Source: a virus
Lineage: Duplodnaviria > Caudoviricetes
Strand: one strand, 5' to 3'
Length of the DNA stretch: 64,000 nucleotides
Virus record (IMG/VR): IMGVR_UViG_3300047497_000053
Location: 2,220-66,219 of that record
Positions 1 through 8,180 of this stretch are shown here, piece after piece (position 1 is the stretch's first letter; each line of letters starts with the position of its first letter). The notes below the pieces were generated by a model. The model saw nothing but the letters and a program-made list of their open reading frames with translations, made no database searches and was not told the origin of the DNA. The position numbers and the translations under genes were made by a program.

Positions 1-76
1 GCGCCGCGTTTAAGAACGCCGATATGTCTTACGCTGACACGCTGACCTCGGACGCCGACCTTGAATCGTACGTTGA

Positions 77-421
77 ATGGTGGGAAACCCGCCGCGATTT
101 TTACGCGGCCCAAGCGATAGAGGAGATGGTACGGTGACAGATCAATATCGAATTCAGGTCGGCCTCATTGGCGACGACGCTTCGTTGTCAAAGTCGCCGA
201 ATGAGATGCGTCAGGAAATTCTACGCCAGAGCCGTGACAGCTCGGTAATCAAGAATTCGCTGGAGATGGCGCGGCATTACGGTTTGAGCGGCGAGGATAT
301 GTACGTATCAATGGCATTCCATGCGTTGCTTATGCTTGAGCGATATGCGCAAATTGCTATCAAGCGCAGCATGATGGAGACCGGGCGGCCGACGATCATC
401 AACCCGGACGCGCCGCTATGA
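77..421 (+). CDS. Hypothetical protein (start may be GTG ~134)
   Basis: ORF in the + early operon; stop overlaps the next ATG (ATGA). Confidence 0.6.
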   Translation: MVGNPPRFLRGPSDRGDGTVTDQYRIQVGLIGDDASLSKSPNEMRQEILRQSRDSSVIKNSLEMARHYGLSGEDMYVSMAFHALLMLERYAQIAIKRSMMETGRPTIINPDAPL

Positions 422-687
422 CCCCCACCCACACGCCGGGACCGTGGAAAGATAAGCCGTCAATTCACGGCAACCAATATCGTTATGTGCAGATTGGAAA
501 GGACGAGACATATACGACACTTGAGGTATTGCCGGCCGATGCAAAGTTAATCGCCGCCGCCCCCGACCTACGCGACGCCTTGGAGGGTTTGCTAGCCGAA
601 GTAGACGCCATGACCGCCCGCACCGGTTGGGCGGGTAATGGGTTTCGCGAAAAGGCCCGCGCGGCGTTGGCGAGGTGCGAACTGTGA
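418..687 (+). CDS. Conserved phage early protein (HTPGPW...LIAAAPDL type)
   Basis: HTPGPW and DAKLIAAAPDLRDALE motifs typical of small phage early proteins; translationally coupled. Confidence 0.8.
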   Translation: MTPTHTPGPWKDKPSIHGNQYRYVQIGKDETYTTLEVLPADAKLIAAAPDLRDALEGLLAEVDAMTARTGWAGNGFREKARAALARCEL

Positions 688-1550
688 ACACCCCCGTTTC
701 CCCAATGATCACCCCCGCCGACCAAACCAAAATCGCGGCCCTGTTGGAGCGCATGCACCTGCCCTCCGGCTTGGGCACGCGCGACGAGGCGTGCTCGATC
801 GCCGCAATCAATTTAGCGCTGACCGGCGTGTTGACGGATGAGATTCCGGAATGCATGTCGGAAGTCGTCGGGAGGTGGATCATTATTACGCAAGACGCGA
901 TGCCGGATAAGATGCGCAACTCCGCGCGCTGGAAATCGTTGCTGCCGCTCGCAGCGGGCACGGGCCGCGCGCACGAAGCGGAGCGGCTTGAGATCATCCT
1001 CGATCACATGTGGACCGTGGCGCTGCGGTTATTGAAGCCTTTTGCCGACGCGCAAGGGTTTGGTCCGCAATGGCACGCGATGCTGACTGAGCGCACCACC
1101 GAGGCCGCCGAGGCCGCCGAGGCCGCCGGCTGGGCCGACGCCAGGGCCGGCTGGGCCGCCGCCAGGGCCGCCGAGGCCGCCGGCTGGGCCGCCGCCAGGG
1201 CCGCCAGGGCCGCCAAGGCCGCCAAGGCCGGCTGGGCCGCCGCCAGGGCCGCCGCCGAGGCCGCCGGGGCCGCCGGCTGGGCCGCCGCCAGGGCCGCCGC
1301 CAGGGCCGCCGCCGAGGCCGCCGGGGCCGCCGAGGCCGCCGCCAAGGCCGCCAAGGCCGCCAAGGCCGCCAAGGCCGCCAAGGCCGCCGCCAAGGCCGGC
1401 TGGGCCGCCGGCTGGGCCGCCGCCAGGGCCGCCAGGGCCGCCAAGGCCGCCAAGGCCGGCTGGGCCGCCGGGGCCGCCGGAGCCCCTTGGCAATCCTTAG
1501 ATCCCTGCGCGCTCCTTGAGCGCCTCATCGCCGCAGGCGGTGCGGCATGA
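684..1550 (+). CDS. Ala-rich periodic-repeat protein
   Basis: GTGA overlap with the upstream stop; globular N-terminus followed by an AA[EWRKG] repeat tract. Confidence 0.8.
   Translation: MNTPVSPMITPADQTKIAALLERMHLPSGLGTRDEACSIAAINLALTGVLTDEIPECMSEVVGRWIIITQDAMPDKMRNSARWKSLLPLAAGTGRAHEAERLEIILDHMWTVALRLLKPFADAQGFGPQWHAMLTERTTEAAEAAEAAGWADARAGWAAARAAEAAGWAAARAARAAKAAKAGWAAARAAAEAAGAAGWAAARAAARAAAEAAGAAEAAAKAAKAAKAAKAAKAAAKAGWAAGWAAARAARAAKAAKAGWAAGAAGAPWQSLDPCALLERLIAAGGAA
1101..1481 (+). repeat. 9/12-bp degenerate tandem repeat (NNG GCC GNC)
   Basis: Units such as gag/agg/aag/tgg/ggg followed by gcc gcc, ggc or gac read directly in the sequence. Confidence 0.95.
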
Positions 1551-1765
1551 GCGCCTCCGTGCGCCTGCACGCCGGTTTGTGGACGGTATTTTCCGGGGAT
1601 CAACCCGTATTGGCTTGTCGTTCGTGGGCCGCTGCGATGCAAGCATTGAGCGACGCGATGCTGCCAGCGGAACCCGATCCCGCTGATACGGCATCGGAAT
1701 TTTGGCGCAATTTCGAGAACACGTTGAACGACATCATCGGGGACCGTCGCCGTGAATCACGCTGA
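1547..1765 (+). CDS. Hypothetical protein
   Basis: ATGA-coupled ORF in operon. Confidence 0.6.
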   Translation: MSASVRLHAGLWTVFSGDQPVLACRSWAAAMQALSDAMLPAEPDPADTASEFWRNFENTLNDIIGDRRRESR

Positions 1766-1961
1766 ACCCGAAGAATGTTCTCACAAGTGGGAACTGATCG
1801 CCGACGAACAAGGTGATCCGCACGAAGCGCATTTGTGGGGCGATTACTCGCATATGGAGTGCTGCGCTTGCGGCGAGACGCGCGACATCACGGACGCAGA
1901 CCGGCGCAAGTGGAAGGACGATGCGGATTACGATCGCTGGGAACGGAGGAGCGGTCGGTGA
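1752..1961 (+). CDS. Small Cys/His protein, possible Zn binder
   Basis: CxHxW...CCxCG motif; overlaps its neighbours. Confidence 0.6.
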   Translation: MNHAEPEECSHKWELIADEQGDPHEAHLWGDYSHMECCACGETRDITDADRRKWKDDADYDRWERRSGR

Positions 1962-2098
1962 AGTGGGTATGTCTGACCGTGTACTCAGTATTTGTTATCG
2001 CCTCTTGCGGCTACGTGGTCTTTTGGCTAGGGCATTCAGCGTGGTGGTTTTTGCTCGCAATTATGATCCTGCCTTCGTCTGTGAGCGACGATTCGTGA
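1958..2098 (+). CDS. Small two-TM membrane protein
   Basis: GTGA coupling; hydrophobic sequence with GHSAWWFLLAI. Confidence 0.6.
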   Translation: MKWVCLTVYSVFVIASCGYVVFWLGHSAWWFLLAIMILPSSVSDDS

Positions 2099-2280
2099 CC
2101 CGCACCGAATACGACAACTTTTACGCCGTCATCCCCGCCGACACCAACGGATTCATTGACGGCGCTGCGCTCGCGCAATTGAACGATGCGGGATTCTGGT
2201 TCGCGAATCTAGCGCCCGACACCGCAACACTCAACCGATTCCTGACCCTGCAAATCAACACCATGACGGACACATTATGA
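2095..2280 (+). CDS. Hypothetical protein
   Basis: GTGA-coupled ORF ending in ATGA. Confidence 0.5.
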   Translation: MTRTEYDNFYAVIPADTNGFIDGAALAQLNDAGFWFANLAPDTATLNRFLTLQINTMTDTL

Positions 2281-2453
2281 CCTGGCAATTCTGCGGCATC
2301 GCGATCTGCTTGGGCCTCGTTGCCCTTGGCGTCGTCTCCATCATCGCGCACGAATTCGGCGAACGGCGTCGGCATCGTCGCGCGTTTCGGATTCATCCGA
2401 TGTTCCGTCGAGATGGCTACCGGGTAGGGCAAGACGCCAAGGACTTTTCATGA
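2277..2453 (+). CDS. Small single-TM protein
   Basis: MTWQFCGIAICLGLVALGVVSII followed by a basic tail; translated by hand. Confidence 0.5.
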   Translation: MTWQFCGIAICLGLVALGVVSIIAHEFGERRRHRRAFRIHPMFRRDGYRVGQDAKDFS

Positions 2454-2520
2454 GCGCGCATATTTGCCATACCTGTGCGTATTTTGTACTGGTGCCGGCA
2501 ATGACCCCGAGGAAGAAGAA

Positions 2521-2949
2521 ATGACGATCTACACCAAAATAGGCGCCGAAGGCCAAGACTTGCCGCCGGACGCGACCGGTCACCAGGCCGTGCGGGTCGA
2601 GCACCCGCTGCTCGCAAAACCACTGATCTTCACCGCGTCCCGCTCACCCAAGGAATTGACGTATAAAGAGGCGCTCAAGTGGGCCGAAAGCCTTGAGATC
2701 AACGGCTGGTCCTGGCGCGTCCCTACCGTTGAGGAAGCGCTGTTCCTGCCGGATCGATGCAAATATCCAGCGCTTGATTCGAGCTACTTTTCCGACTTCG
2801 ACGGCTACGAATGGCTTTGGACGTCGACGCCGGACGCCGGATCACCGTCCGAGTACGCGTGGTTCGTCGCCTCGGGCGCTGGCGGTTCCCTCCGCGGTCC
2901 TCAGAGCGATCGGCTCTGCGTGCGCGCGGTCCGCGCCGGTCAGGTCTAG
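2521..2949 (+). CDS. Lcl C-terminal/DUF1566-like (C-type lectin fold) protein, putative DGR target 1
   Basis: WRVPTVEE, WLWTST, AWFV and VRAVR motifs; GAGG RBS before ATG 2521. Confidence 0.85.
   Translation: MTIYTKIGAEGQDLPPDATGHQAVRVEHPLLAKPLIFTASRSPKELTYKEALKWAESLEINGWSWRVPTVEEALFLPDRCKYPALDSSYFSDFDGYEWLWTSTPDAGSPSEYAWFVASGAGGSLRGPQSDRLCVRAVRAGQV
2843..2943 (+). repeat. DGR-like variable repeat VR1
   Basis: 88/101 nt identical to 3432-3532; all mismatches at codon positions 1-2. Confidence 0.8.
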
Positions 2950-2962
2950 GAAATTTGCCTAG
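2946..2962 (+). other. Hairpin directly after VR1 (CTAGG-aaatttg-CCTAG)
   Basis: 5-bp inverted repeat after the GC-rich VR end, where DGR target hairpins lie. Confidence 0.4.
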
Positions 2963-2983
2963 CCGCAACATCAGGAACACGCA

Positions 2984-3553
2984 ATGAGCTCACTTGCCGA
3001 CGACATCCGCCGCCTCATCACTCAGCGCCTCGCGCACGCGACCGATATCGACATTCTGCAACTCGCGAGCGCGCTGTGCGCCAACGAGGATCAGGTAACG
3101 CAGCCGCAAGCAATTAAGCGGCCTCGCTTCACGAAGATCAACGACGAAAGGTTATTCGTGCTCGATGATTCCTCGTCCGACTGGGTCGCCGTTTACGATT
3201 CACTCCACGACCTGACCTGGACGCGCAAGACGCTAGATTGCGGGGAAGTGAATCACGCCGACGCGATGCGTGCCGCCGGCGCCGTCAAGCTGCTGGGAGC
3301 TTCCGACTGGCGCGCGCCGACGATTCAGGAGCGCTTATCCATCGTCGATTACGCCCGGATCGATCCGGCGCTCGACACCGATTACTTCGACGGGTCCAGC
3401 GTCTTGGAATGTACAGGCACGATTGCGGCTGCACCGTCCGAGGTCGCGTGGTTCGTCGCCTCGGGCGCTGGCGGTTCCTCCCGCTATCATCAGAGCCGTC
3501 TGGGCTACGTGCGCGCGGTCCGCGCCGGTCAGCAACTTGGGCGCGTTGATTGA
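2984..3553 (+). CDS. Lcl C-terminal/DUF1566-like protein, putative DGR target 2
   Basis: [23 protein letters not shown] and VRAVR motifs; AGGA RBS. Confidence 0.85.
   Translation: MSSLADDIRRLITQRLAHATDIDILQLASALCANEDQVTQPQAIKRPRFTKINDERLFVLDDSSSDWVAVYDSLHDLTWTRKTLDCGEVNHADAMRAAGAVKLLGASDWRAPTIQERLSIVDYARIDPALDTDYFDGSSVLECTGTIAAAPSEVAWFVASGAGGSSRYHQSRLGYVRAVRAGQQLGRVD
3432..3532 (+). repeat. DGR-like variable repeat VR2
   Basis: Partner of 2843-2943. Confidence 0.8.
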
Positions 3554-3624
3554 AACCGCTAGCAATTGAGTTGTTTTCCGGCTTATTCGGATGGGGAGAA
3601 GGTCTCGTCATGGAAGGATACGAC
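3550..3624 (+). pseudogene. N-terminal fragment of a C5-cytosine DNA methyltransferase, in frame with csrA
   Basis: [24 protein letters not shown] resembles motif I (DLFxGxGG..G...G) of C5 MTases. Confidence 0.55.
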
Positions 3625-3819
3625 ATGCTAATTCTGACTCGCAGAGTGGAAGAAACCGTATTTATCGGTGACGCGATCACGGTCACCGTGCTCGGCATCA
3701 AAGGCAACCAGGTAAAACTCGGCATCGAAGCGCCGAAGCATATTCCGGTGCATCGGGAAGAAGTCGCCGAGCGGATCGAGGCTGAACGGATTGAAGCGCA
3801 TTTGAAGGGGGATGCATGA
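3625..3819 (+). CDS. csrA: Carbon storage regulator CsrA/RsmA homolog
   Basis: [10 protein letters not shown]...[28 protein letters not shown] is the canonical CsrA sequence; GGAAGGA RBS. Confidence 0.95.
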   Translation: MLILTRRVEETVFIGDAITVTVLGIKGNQVKLGIEAPKHIPVHREEVAERIEAERIEAHLKGDA

Positions 3820-3974
3820 CCTACGCAATGAGCAATGAAGCTGTGATCGAGTCAGCCACAAGCGACCCCCAAGAATGGACCGAGTGGGACGACTACGAAG
3901 AAGCCGGCCCGATGGATTTAGAGGATCAGTTGGAGAAAGCGATGGAGAATCTGCGCGGAAGTGGAAATGTATGA
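3816..3974 (+). CDS. Small acidic protein
   Basis: [13 protein letters not shown]...[18 protein letters not shown]; coupled at both ends; translated by hand. Confidence 0.55.
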   Translation: MTYAMSNEAVIESATSDPQEWTEWDDYEEAGPMDLEDQLEKAMENLRGSGNV

Positions 3975-5356
3975 CGACGAATTTTGAGTATCAGCGGTTT
4001 TTAGAATCAAAAGCGCCAAAGGCCGTGAAGCGCGGGCTGCGTGATGTGCCTCGATTGTCCGCGCATTTGAAACCGCTGCAAGCGCATTGCGTGCAATTTG
4101 CATTGCAAGGCGCGTCTACCTTGAATGCGTTGGACACTGGCCTCGGCAAAAGCATGATTGAGTTGGAATTCTGCGAACACGCGCGCCACGTTGAAAATGG
4201 CAAAGCGTTGATTTTAACACCATTGGCGGTTGCCAAGCAGTTTGAGCGCGAAGGTAAGAAGTGGGGGTATGACGCTCGCGTGATCCGCGATCAATCAGAA
4301 GCGTTTGAAGGCATCAATATCTGCAATTATGATCGACTTCATCTGCTGGACCATACCGAATTTGGCGTGGTCACTTTGGACGAAGCCGACATCCTCAAGA
4401 ACTTTTCAGGCAAAACCTCGCGCAGCCTTATCAACGCATTTGCGAATCACCGCTGGCGCTTGCCAGCGACGGCGACACCCGCGCCGAACTCGCCGATGGA
4501 GATCGGGCAATACGCGGAATTCTGCGGCGTCATGCAGTCAAACGAAATGCTGTCGCGTTTTTTCATGAACGATACTGCGACGGCCAGCCAGCAATGGACC
4601 TTGAAACCGCACGGCGTGGAGGCGTTTTGGGATTGGATGGCTTCGTGGTGCCGCATGGCGCAACTGCCCAGCGATCTAGGATTTGATGACACGGGTTATA
4701 TCCTGCCATCACTTGAGGTCGTGCGGCATCGCGCTGCGGAAAGCGCGCCGACTTTGAAAGGCGGTTTATTCGGTGACGAAGTGGTCAACGCCACCAATAT
4801 GCACCAAGTCAAACGCGCCACCGCCAACAAACGCGCCGGTCTCGCCGTGGCTTTAGCCACGTCCAACTCCGAGCCGTGGGTAGTGTGGACCGATACCGAT
4901 TACGAAGCCGATGAAGTGATGACGCTATTCGGCAATTCGCCGGACGTGGTGGAGGTTCGCGGTTCCATGGATGCTGACAAAAAAGAGCGCAACATTGAGG
5001 CATTTATTGACGGGACCGCACGTGTGATGGTCACTAAACCCAGCGTCGCGGGACAAGGATTGAACCTTCAACACTGCGCACGCACGGCCTACGTTGGACG
5101 CAGCTTTTCGTATGCCGATTGGTATCAATCTGTAAGACGGTTTCATCGATTCGGTCAAACTCGGACAGTAGAGGTCCATTTGATCGTGGCCGAAGGCGAG
5201 GATTCCATCGGGCGCGTTATTGACCGCAAAGCCGACGATCACATCGAAATGAAAACCCAGATGCGGGCGGCAATGATGCGAAACAACGGACAAGACAGCG
5301 CACGGCGCGTGCCTTACGAAGCGAAGCACAAAGGGAGATTGCCATCGTGGCTGTAA
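3971..5356 (+). CDS. SNF2-like SF2 helicase
   Basis: DTGLGKS Walker A, LDEAD Walker B, TATPAPN, GLNLQ and QSVRRFHRFGQ motifs. Confidence 0.9.
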   Translation: MTTNFEYQRFLESKAPKAVKRGLRDVPRLSAHLKPLQAHCVQFALQGASTLNALDTGLGKSMIELEFCEHARHVENGKALILTPLAVAKQFEREGKKWGYDARVIRDQSEAFEGINICNYDRLHLLDHTEFGVVTLDEADILKNFSGKTSRSLINAFANHRWRLPATATPAPNSPMEIGQYAEFCGVMQSNEMLSRFFMNDTATASQQWTLKPHGVEAFWDWMASWCRMAQLPSDLGFDDTGYILPSLEVVRHRAAESAPTLKGGLFGDEVVNATNMHQVKRATANKRAGLAVALATSNSEPWVVWTDTDYEADEVMTLFGNSPDVVEVRGSMDADKKERNIEAFIDGTARVMVTKPSVAGQGLNLQHCARTAYVGRSFSYADWYQSVRRFHRFGQTRTVEVHLIVAEGEDSIGRVIDRKADDHIEMKTQMRAAMMRNNGQDSARRVPYEAKHKGRLPSWL

Positions 5357-6228
5357 TTGAATGTATGAACGATGCGCACGGCGAAGGATGGTCTGCGTAT
5401 CACGGCGATTGCGTTTTTATTGCGCGCCAATTGCCAGATGAAAGCGTTGACTTTTCAATCTACTCTCCTCCGTTTGGCGCAATTTTTGTTTATTCCGAGT
5501 CCGCCGCCGACATGGGTAATAGCACCGACGAAGAATTTACCGAACACTATTCCTACTTGGTTCGCGAGAAATTTCGTCTCACAAGGCCAGGAAGATTGAC
5601 CGCCGTACATTGTTCCGATCTGCCCATGACGAAATGGAAAGACGGCGCAGTCGGCATCAAGGATTTTTCGGGCGACATCATCCGCATTCATCAGCAAGCG
5701 GGATGGATATTTCACAGCCGTCGGACGATCTGGAAATGCCCAGTTGTAGAGATGACACGCACCAAACACGTTGGGTTGCTCTACAAGCAATTGCGCAAGG
5801 ATAGCTCCAAGTCACGCGGCGGGATGCCCGACTATTTGATGACGTTTATCAAGCCGGGCGATAATGCCTCACCGATCACGCACGATGCCGCCGATTTCCC
5901 GGTTGAGCAATGGCAAAACTGGGCATCTCCCGTATGGATGGACATCAATCAGACCGACGTGCTGAATGTCAAAACCGCACGCTCTCCCGGCGATATCAAG
6001 CATCTGTGCCCACTGCAACTCGGCGTCATTGAACGCGCCGTTATCATGTGGAGCAATCCCGGCGATGTGGTGCTATCGCCATTCATGGGTATCGGCAGCG
6101 AAGGATTCGTGTCGGTGAAGAATCATCGCAAATTTTTAGGCACGGAACTCAAATTTCAATATTGGAAGCAGGCATGCGATAACCTCGCGGGCGCCGCCGC
6201 TCAATCCGATCTATTCCACATTGCATAG
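5347..6228 (+). CDS. DNA amino-methyltransferase (N4-C/N6-A, beta class)
   Basis: SPPF catalytic motif precedes HLCPLQ and the SPFMGIGS SAM-binding motif. Confidence 0.9.
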   Translation: MAVIECMNDAHGEGWSAYHGDCVFIARQLPDESVDFSIYSPPFGAIFVYSESAADMGNSTDEEFTEHYSYLVREKFRLTRPGRLTAVHCSDLPMTKWKDGAVGIKDFSGDIIRIHQQAGWIFHSRRTIWKCPVVEMTRTKHVGLLYKQLRKDSSKSRGGMPDYLMTFIKPGDNASPITHDAADFPVEQWQNWASPVWMDINQTDVLNVKTARSPGDIKHLCPLQLGVIERAVIMWSNPGDVVLSPFMGIGSEGFVSVKNHRKFLGTELKFQYWKQACDNLAGAAAQSDLFHIA

Positions 6229-6236
6229 GATGCTTT

Positions 6237-6419
6237 ATGAAAACTAAACGACCCCAGCGCCGCAAACCCAAACTCACCCCCGCCCGTGCCGACGCGATCC
6301 GCCGCCAATACAAACGCGGCATGACGCAATCGCGATTGGCCGAGAAATACGGAATCGCACAGGCGACCGTTTCCAACGTTGTCACGGGACGGATATGGAA
6401 CCGGAAGGCCACGCCATGA
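6237..6419 (+). CDS. HTH DNA-binding protein
   Basis: KLT...MTQSRLAEKYGIAQATVSNVVTGRIW. Confidence 0.8.
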   Translation: MKTKRPQRRKPKLTPARADAIRRQYKRGMTQSRLAEKYGIAQATVSNVVTGRIWNRKATP

Positions 6420-6634
6420 TCTCCCTCTACCACGTTGAAACCCTCGAATGGATCGAGCCGCGCCACCATCTCCCCGACGACGATACGATGGTGCTGATTT
6501 ACGCGCCGCGCAGATCTGAGCCAGTGTGGTTTGGATGGCACGAGGACAGCGGATGGTGTTCGGGGACAGGAATCTGGTACGACGAAGGCGATGTGACGGC
6601 TTGGGCGGAAATGCCGCGAGGGTCGCAGTCATGA
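6416..6634 (+). CDS. DUF551-like phage protein
   Basis: WI....LPDDD..VL...VTAWAEMP pattern. Confidence 0.65.
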   Translation: MISLYHVETLEWIEPRHHLPDDDTMVLIYAPRRSEPVWFGWHEDSGWCSGTGIWYDEGDVTAWAEMPRGSQS

Positions 6635-6646
6635 TCGACGATGCCG
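6624..6646 (+). repeat. 23-bp direct repeat, copy 1 (cgcagtcatgatcgacgatgccg)
   Basis: Identical to 7534-7556. Confidence 0.9.
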
Positions 6647-6768
6647 GCAAAGCCATGCCGGTCGACGCGGACACGGTTGAGCCTGAGGACGATGAACTCG
6701 ATTTGCCGCGTCATGTCAGCCATTTCGCAACGTGTGAGCACGCCAACCAACACAGGAAACCCCGATGA
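6631..6768 (+). CDS. Small protein (GKxMPVD...SHFATC type)
   Basis: Motif common in phage small proteins; may be N-terminally truncated. Confidence 0.6.
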   Translation: MIDDAGKAMPVDADTVEPEDDELDLPRHVSHFATCEHANQHRKPR

Positions 6769-7544
6769 GCACTGAAACTGTCGACCCACTTCTCGCCTAC
6801 CACGGCGACCCGAAGGTCAAAGCGTTCTACCTCGATCGCGTCGAAGCGCACGCCAAAGCCGATGAGATCGCGCAATCTTACGGTTATTGGCACGACGGTC
6901 GAGGCTGCGCTGTGGGCTGCACGGTGCATGTCGGCAAGTCAGGCACTCCGCATCGGCGCTATCCGATCGAATTGGGCATCCCTGAAGAACTTGCGTACCT
7001 CGAAGATCACTTCTTCGAGAATCTCCCCGTCGAGGTGGCGAAACAGTGGCCCGCTCGTTTCCTCAACGCCATCACGCCAGGCGCGAATCTTTCGCGGGTT
7101 TACGACCTGTGGAGCGCGTGGAACCTGATCGATCCCATCGATGGCGTGATTACGCTCGTGACCGACGACTTCCCAGACATCCAGCGCATCGTTCGCGAAA
7201 CGGGCCAAGCCTGCTTGGATGGCGACAGGGTGTCGGCGGCGGAGGCGGCGCGGGCGGCGGAGGCGGCGCGGGCGGCGGAGGCGGCGTGGGCGGCGCGGGC
7301 GGCGGAGGCGGCGCGGGCGGCGGAGGCGGCGCGGGCGGCCTTGGCGGCCCTGGCGGCGCGGGCGGCGGAGGCGGCGCGGGCGGCGACGGCGGCGTGGGCG
7401 GCGCGGGCGGCGGGGGCGGCGTGGGCGGCGTGGGCGGCGTGGGCGGCGCCGGCGGCGTGGGCGGCGCCGGCGGCGTGGGCGGCGTATTACCAGCGCGCCT
7501 CGGACAAGCTCATTCAGTTGCTCGAGGGGGCGCCGCAGTCATGA
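6765..7544 (+). CDS. Ala-rich periodic-repeat protein 2
   Basis: GCAVGCT and ELGIP...LED.FFE domain followed by an AAx repeat tract. Confidence 0.8.
   Translation: MSTETVDPLLAYHGDPKVKAFYLDRVEAHAKADEIAQSYGYWHDGRGCAVGCTVHVGKSGTPHRRYPIELGIPEELAYLEDHFFENLPVEVAKQWPARFLNAITPGANLSRVYDLWSAWNLIDPIDGVITLVTDDFPDIQRIVRETGQACLDGDRVSAAEAARAAEAARAAEAAWAARAAEAARAAEAARAALAALAARAAEAARAATAAWAARAAGAAWAAWAAWAAPAAWAAPAAWAAYYQRASDKLIQLLEGAPQS
7235..7484 (+). repeat. 9-bp degenerate tandem repeat (GCG GCG NNG)
   Basis: The variable codon takes gag, cgg, tgg, ttg, ctg, acg, ggg or ccg. Confidence 0.95.
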
Positions 7545-7556
7545 TCGACGATGCCG
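7534..7556 (+). repeat. 23-bp direct repeat, copy 2
   Basis: Identical to 6624-6646. Confidence 0.9.
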
Positions 7557-7990
7557 AACTGGCTGCGATACGCGAGTGGGATTCTGGCACAAGCGACACC
7601 AAGGCTTTGCTTGACGTTTACAGGCACCGCCGCACCCTTCTACGCCGTCTCGACGCCATGACCGCCGAGCGCGACGCCGTCGCCGCCGACAACGCCGCCC
7701 TGCGCGTGGAGATTGCCCAGTGGCGCGCGGAGCGGGATGCGCTTGCGGCCGATAGCGAGGCACGGCACCAATCGTGCCTAGTATTGATGAATTCCATCAC
7801 GCAGTATCGCGCCAGGGTGCAGGCGTTGGAGTCGGCGCTGCGGAAGATCGCTGCGTGGGAGTCGTGCGACTCTACGTGCGAGTTCGACGGCAACCCTGGC
7901 GAATGCATCCGTGACTTCGCGCTTGATGCTTTGAAACCGACACAATCCACCGAACGCCTAGCATCGGAAACGGGAGTAGCTCATGAGTGA
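7541..7990 (+). CDS. Coiled-coil phage protein
   Basis: ATGA coupling; AERDA heptad repeats. Confidence 0.7.
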   Translation: MIDDAELAAIREWDSGTSDTKALLDVYRHRRTLLRRLDAMTAERDAVAADNAALRVEIAQWRAERDALAADSEARHQSCLVLMNSITQYRARVQALESALRKIAAWESCDSTCEFDGNPGECIRDFALDALKPTQSTERLASETGVAHE

Positions 7991-8180
7991 CGTTATTTCA
8001 ATTCGTCCGCAACTTTTGTGCGGCAAGCTTTCGCGAGAATTGGGACGCTACATCGAAAGCGATCCCGGCGCATCGCCAGCCGAGATGCTAGAACTCTGCA
8101 ATCAGATCTTTGCCGAAATTGGCGCTGTCCAGGTCGATGGCGCCTGGTCGTTACCTGACCAGGGAGCGGAGCATGATTGA
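7983..8180 (+). CDS. Hypothetical protein
   Basis: GGAG RBS; overlaps neighbouring ORFs in operon. Confidence 0.6.
   Translation: MSDVISIRPQLLCGKLSRELGRYIESDPGASPAEMLELCNQIFAEIGAVQVDGAWSLPDQGAEHD

Noticed and set aside
1004-1642. Antisense Ala- and Gly-rich ORFs over the repeat tract
   Set aside because: Stop-free shadows of a GC-only repeat; the + frame is coupled to its neighbours.
7046-7614. Poly-Gly and poly-Arg alternative frames
   Set aside because: Frame shadows of the GCG GCG NNG repeat; only the part from ATG 7541 is a plausible gene.
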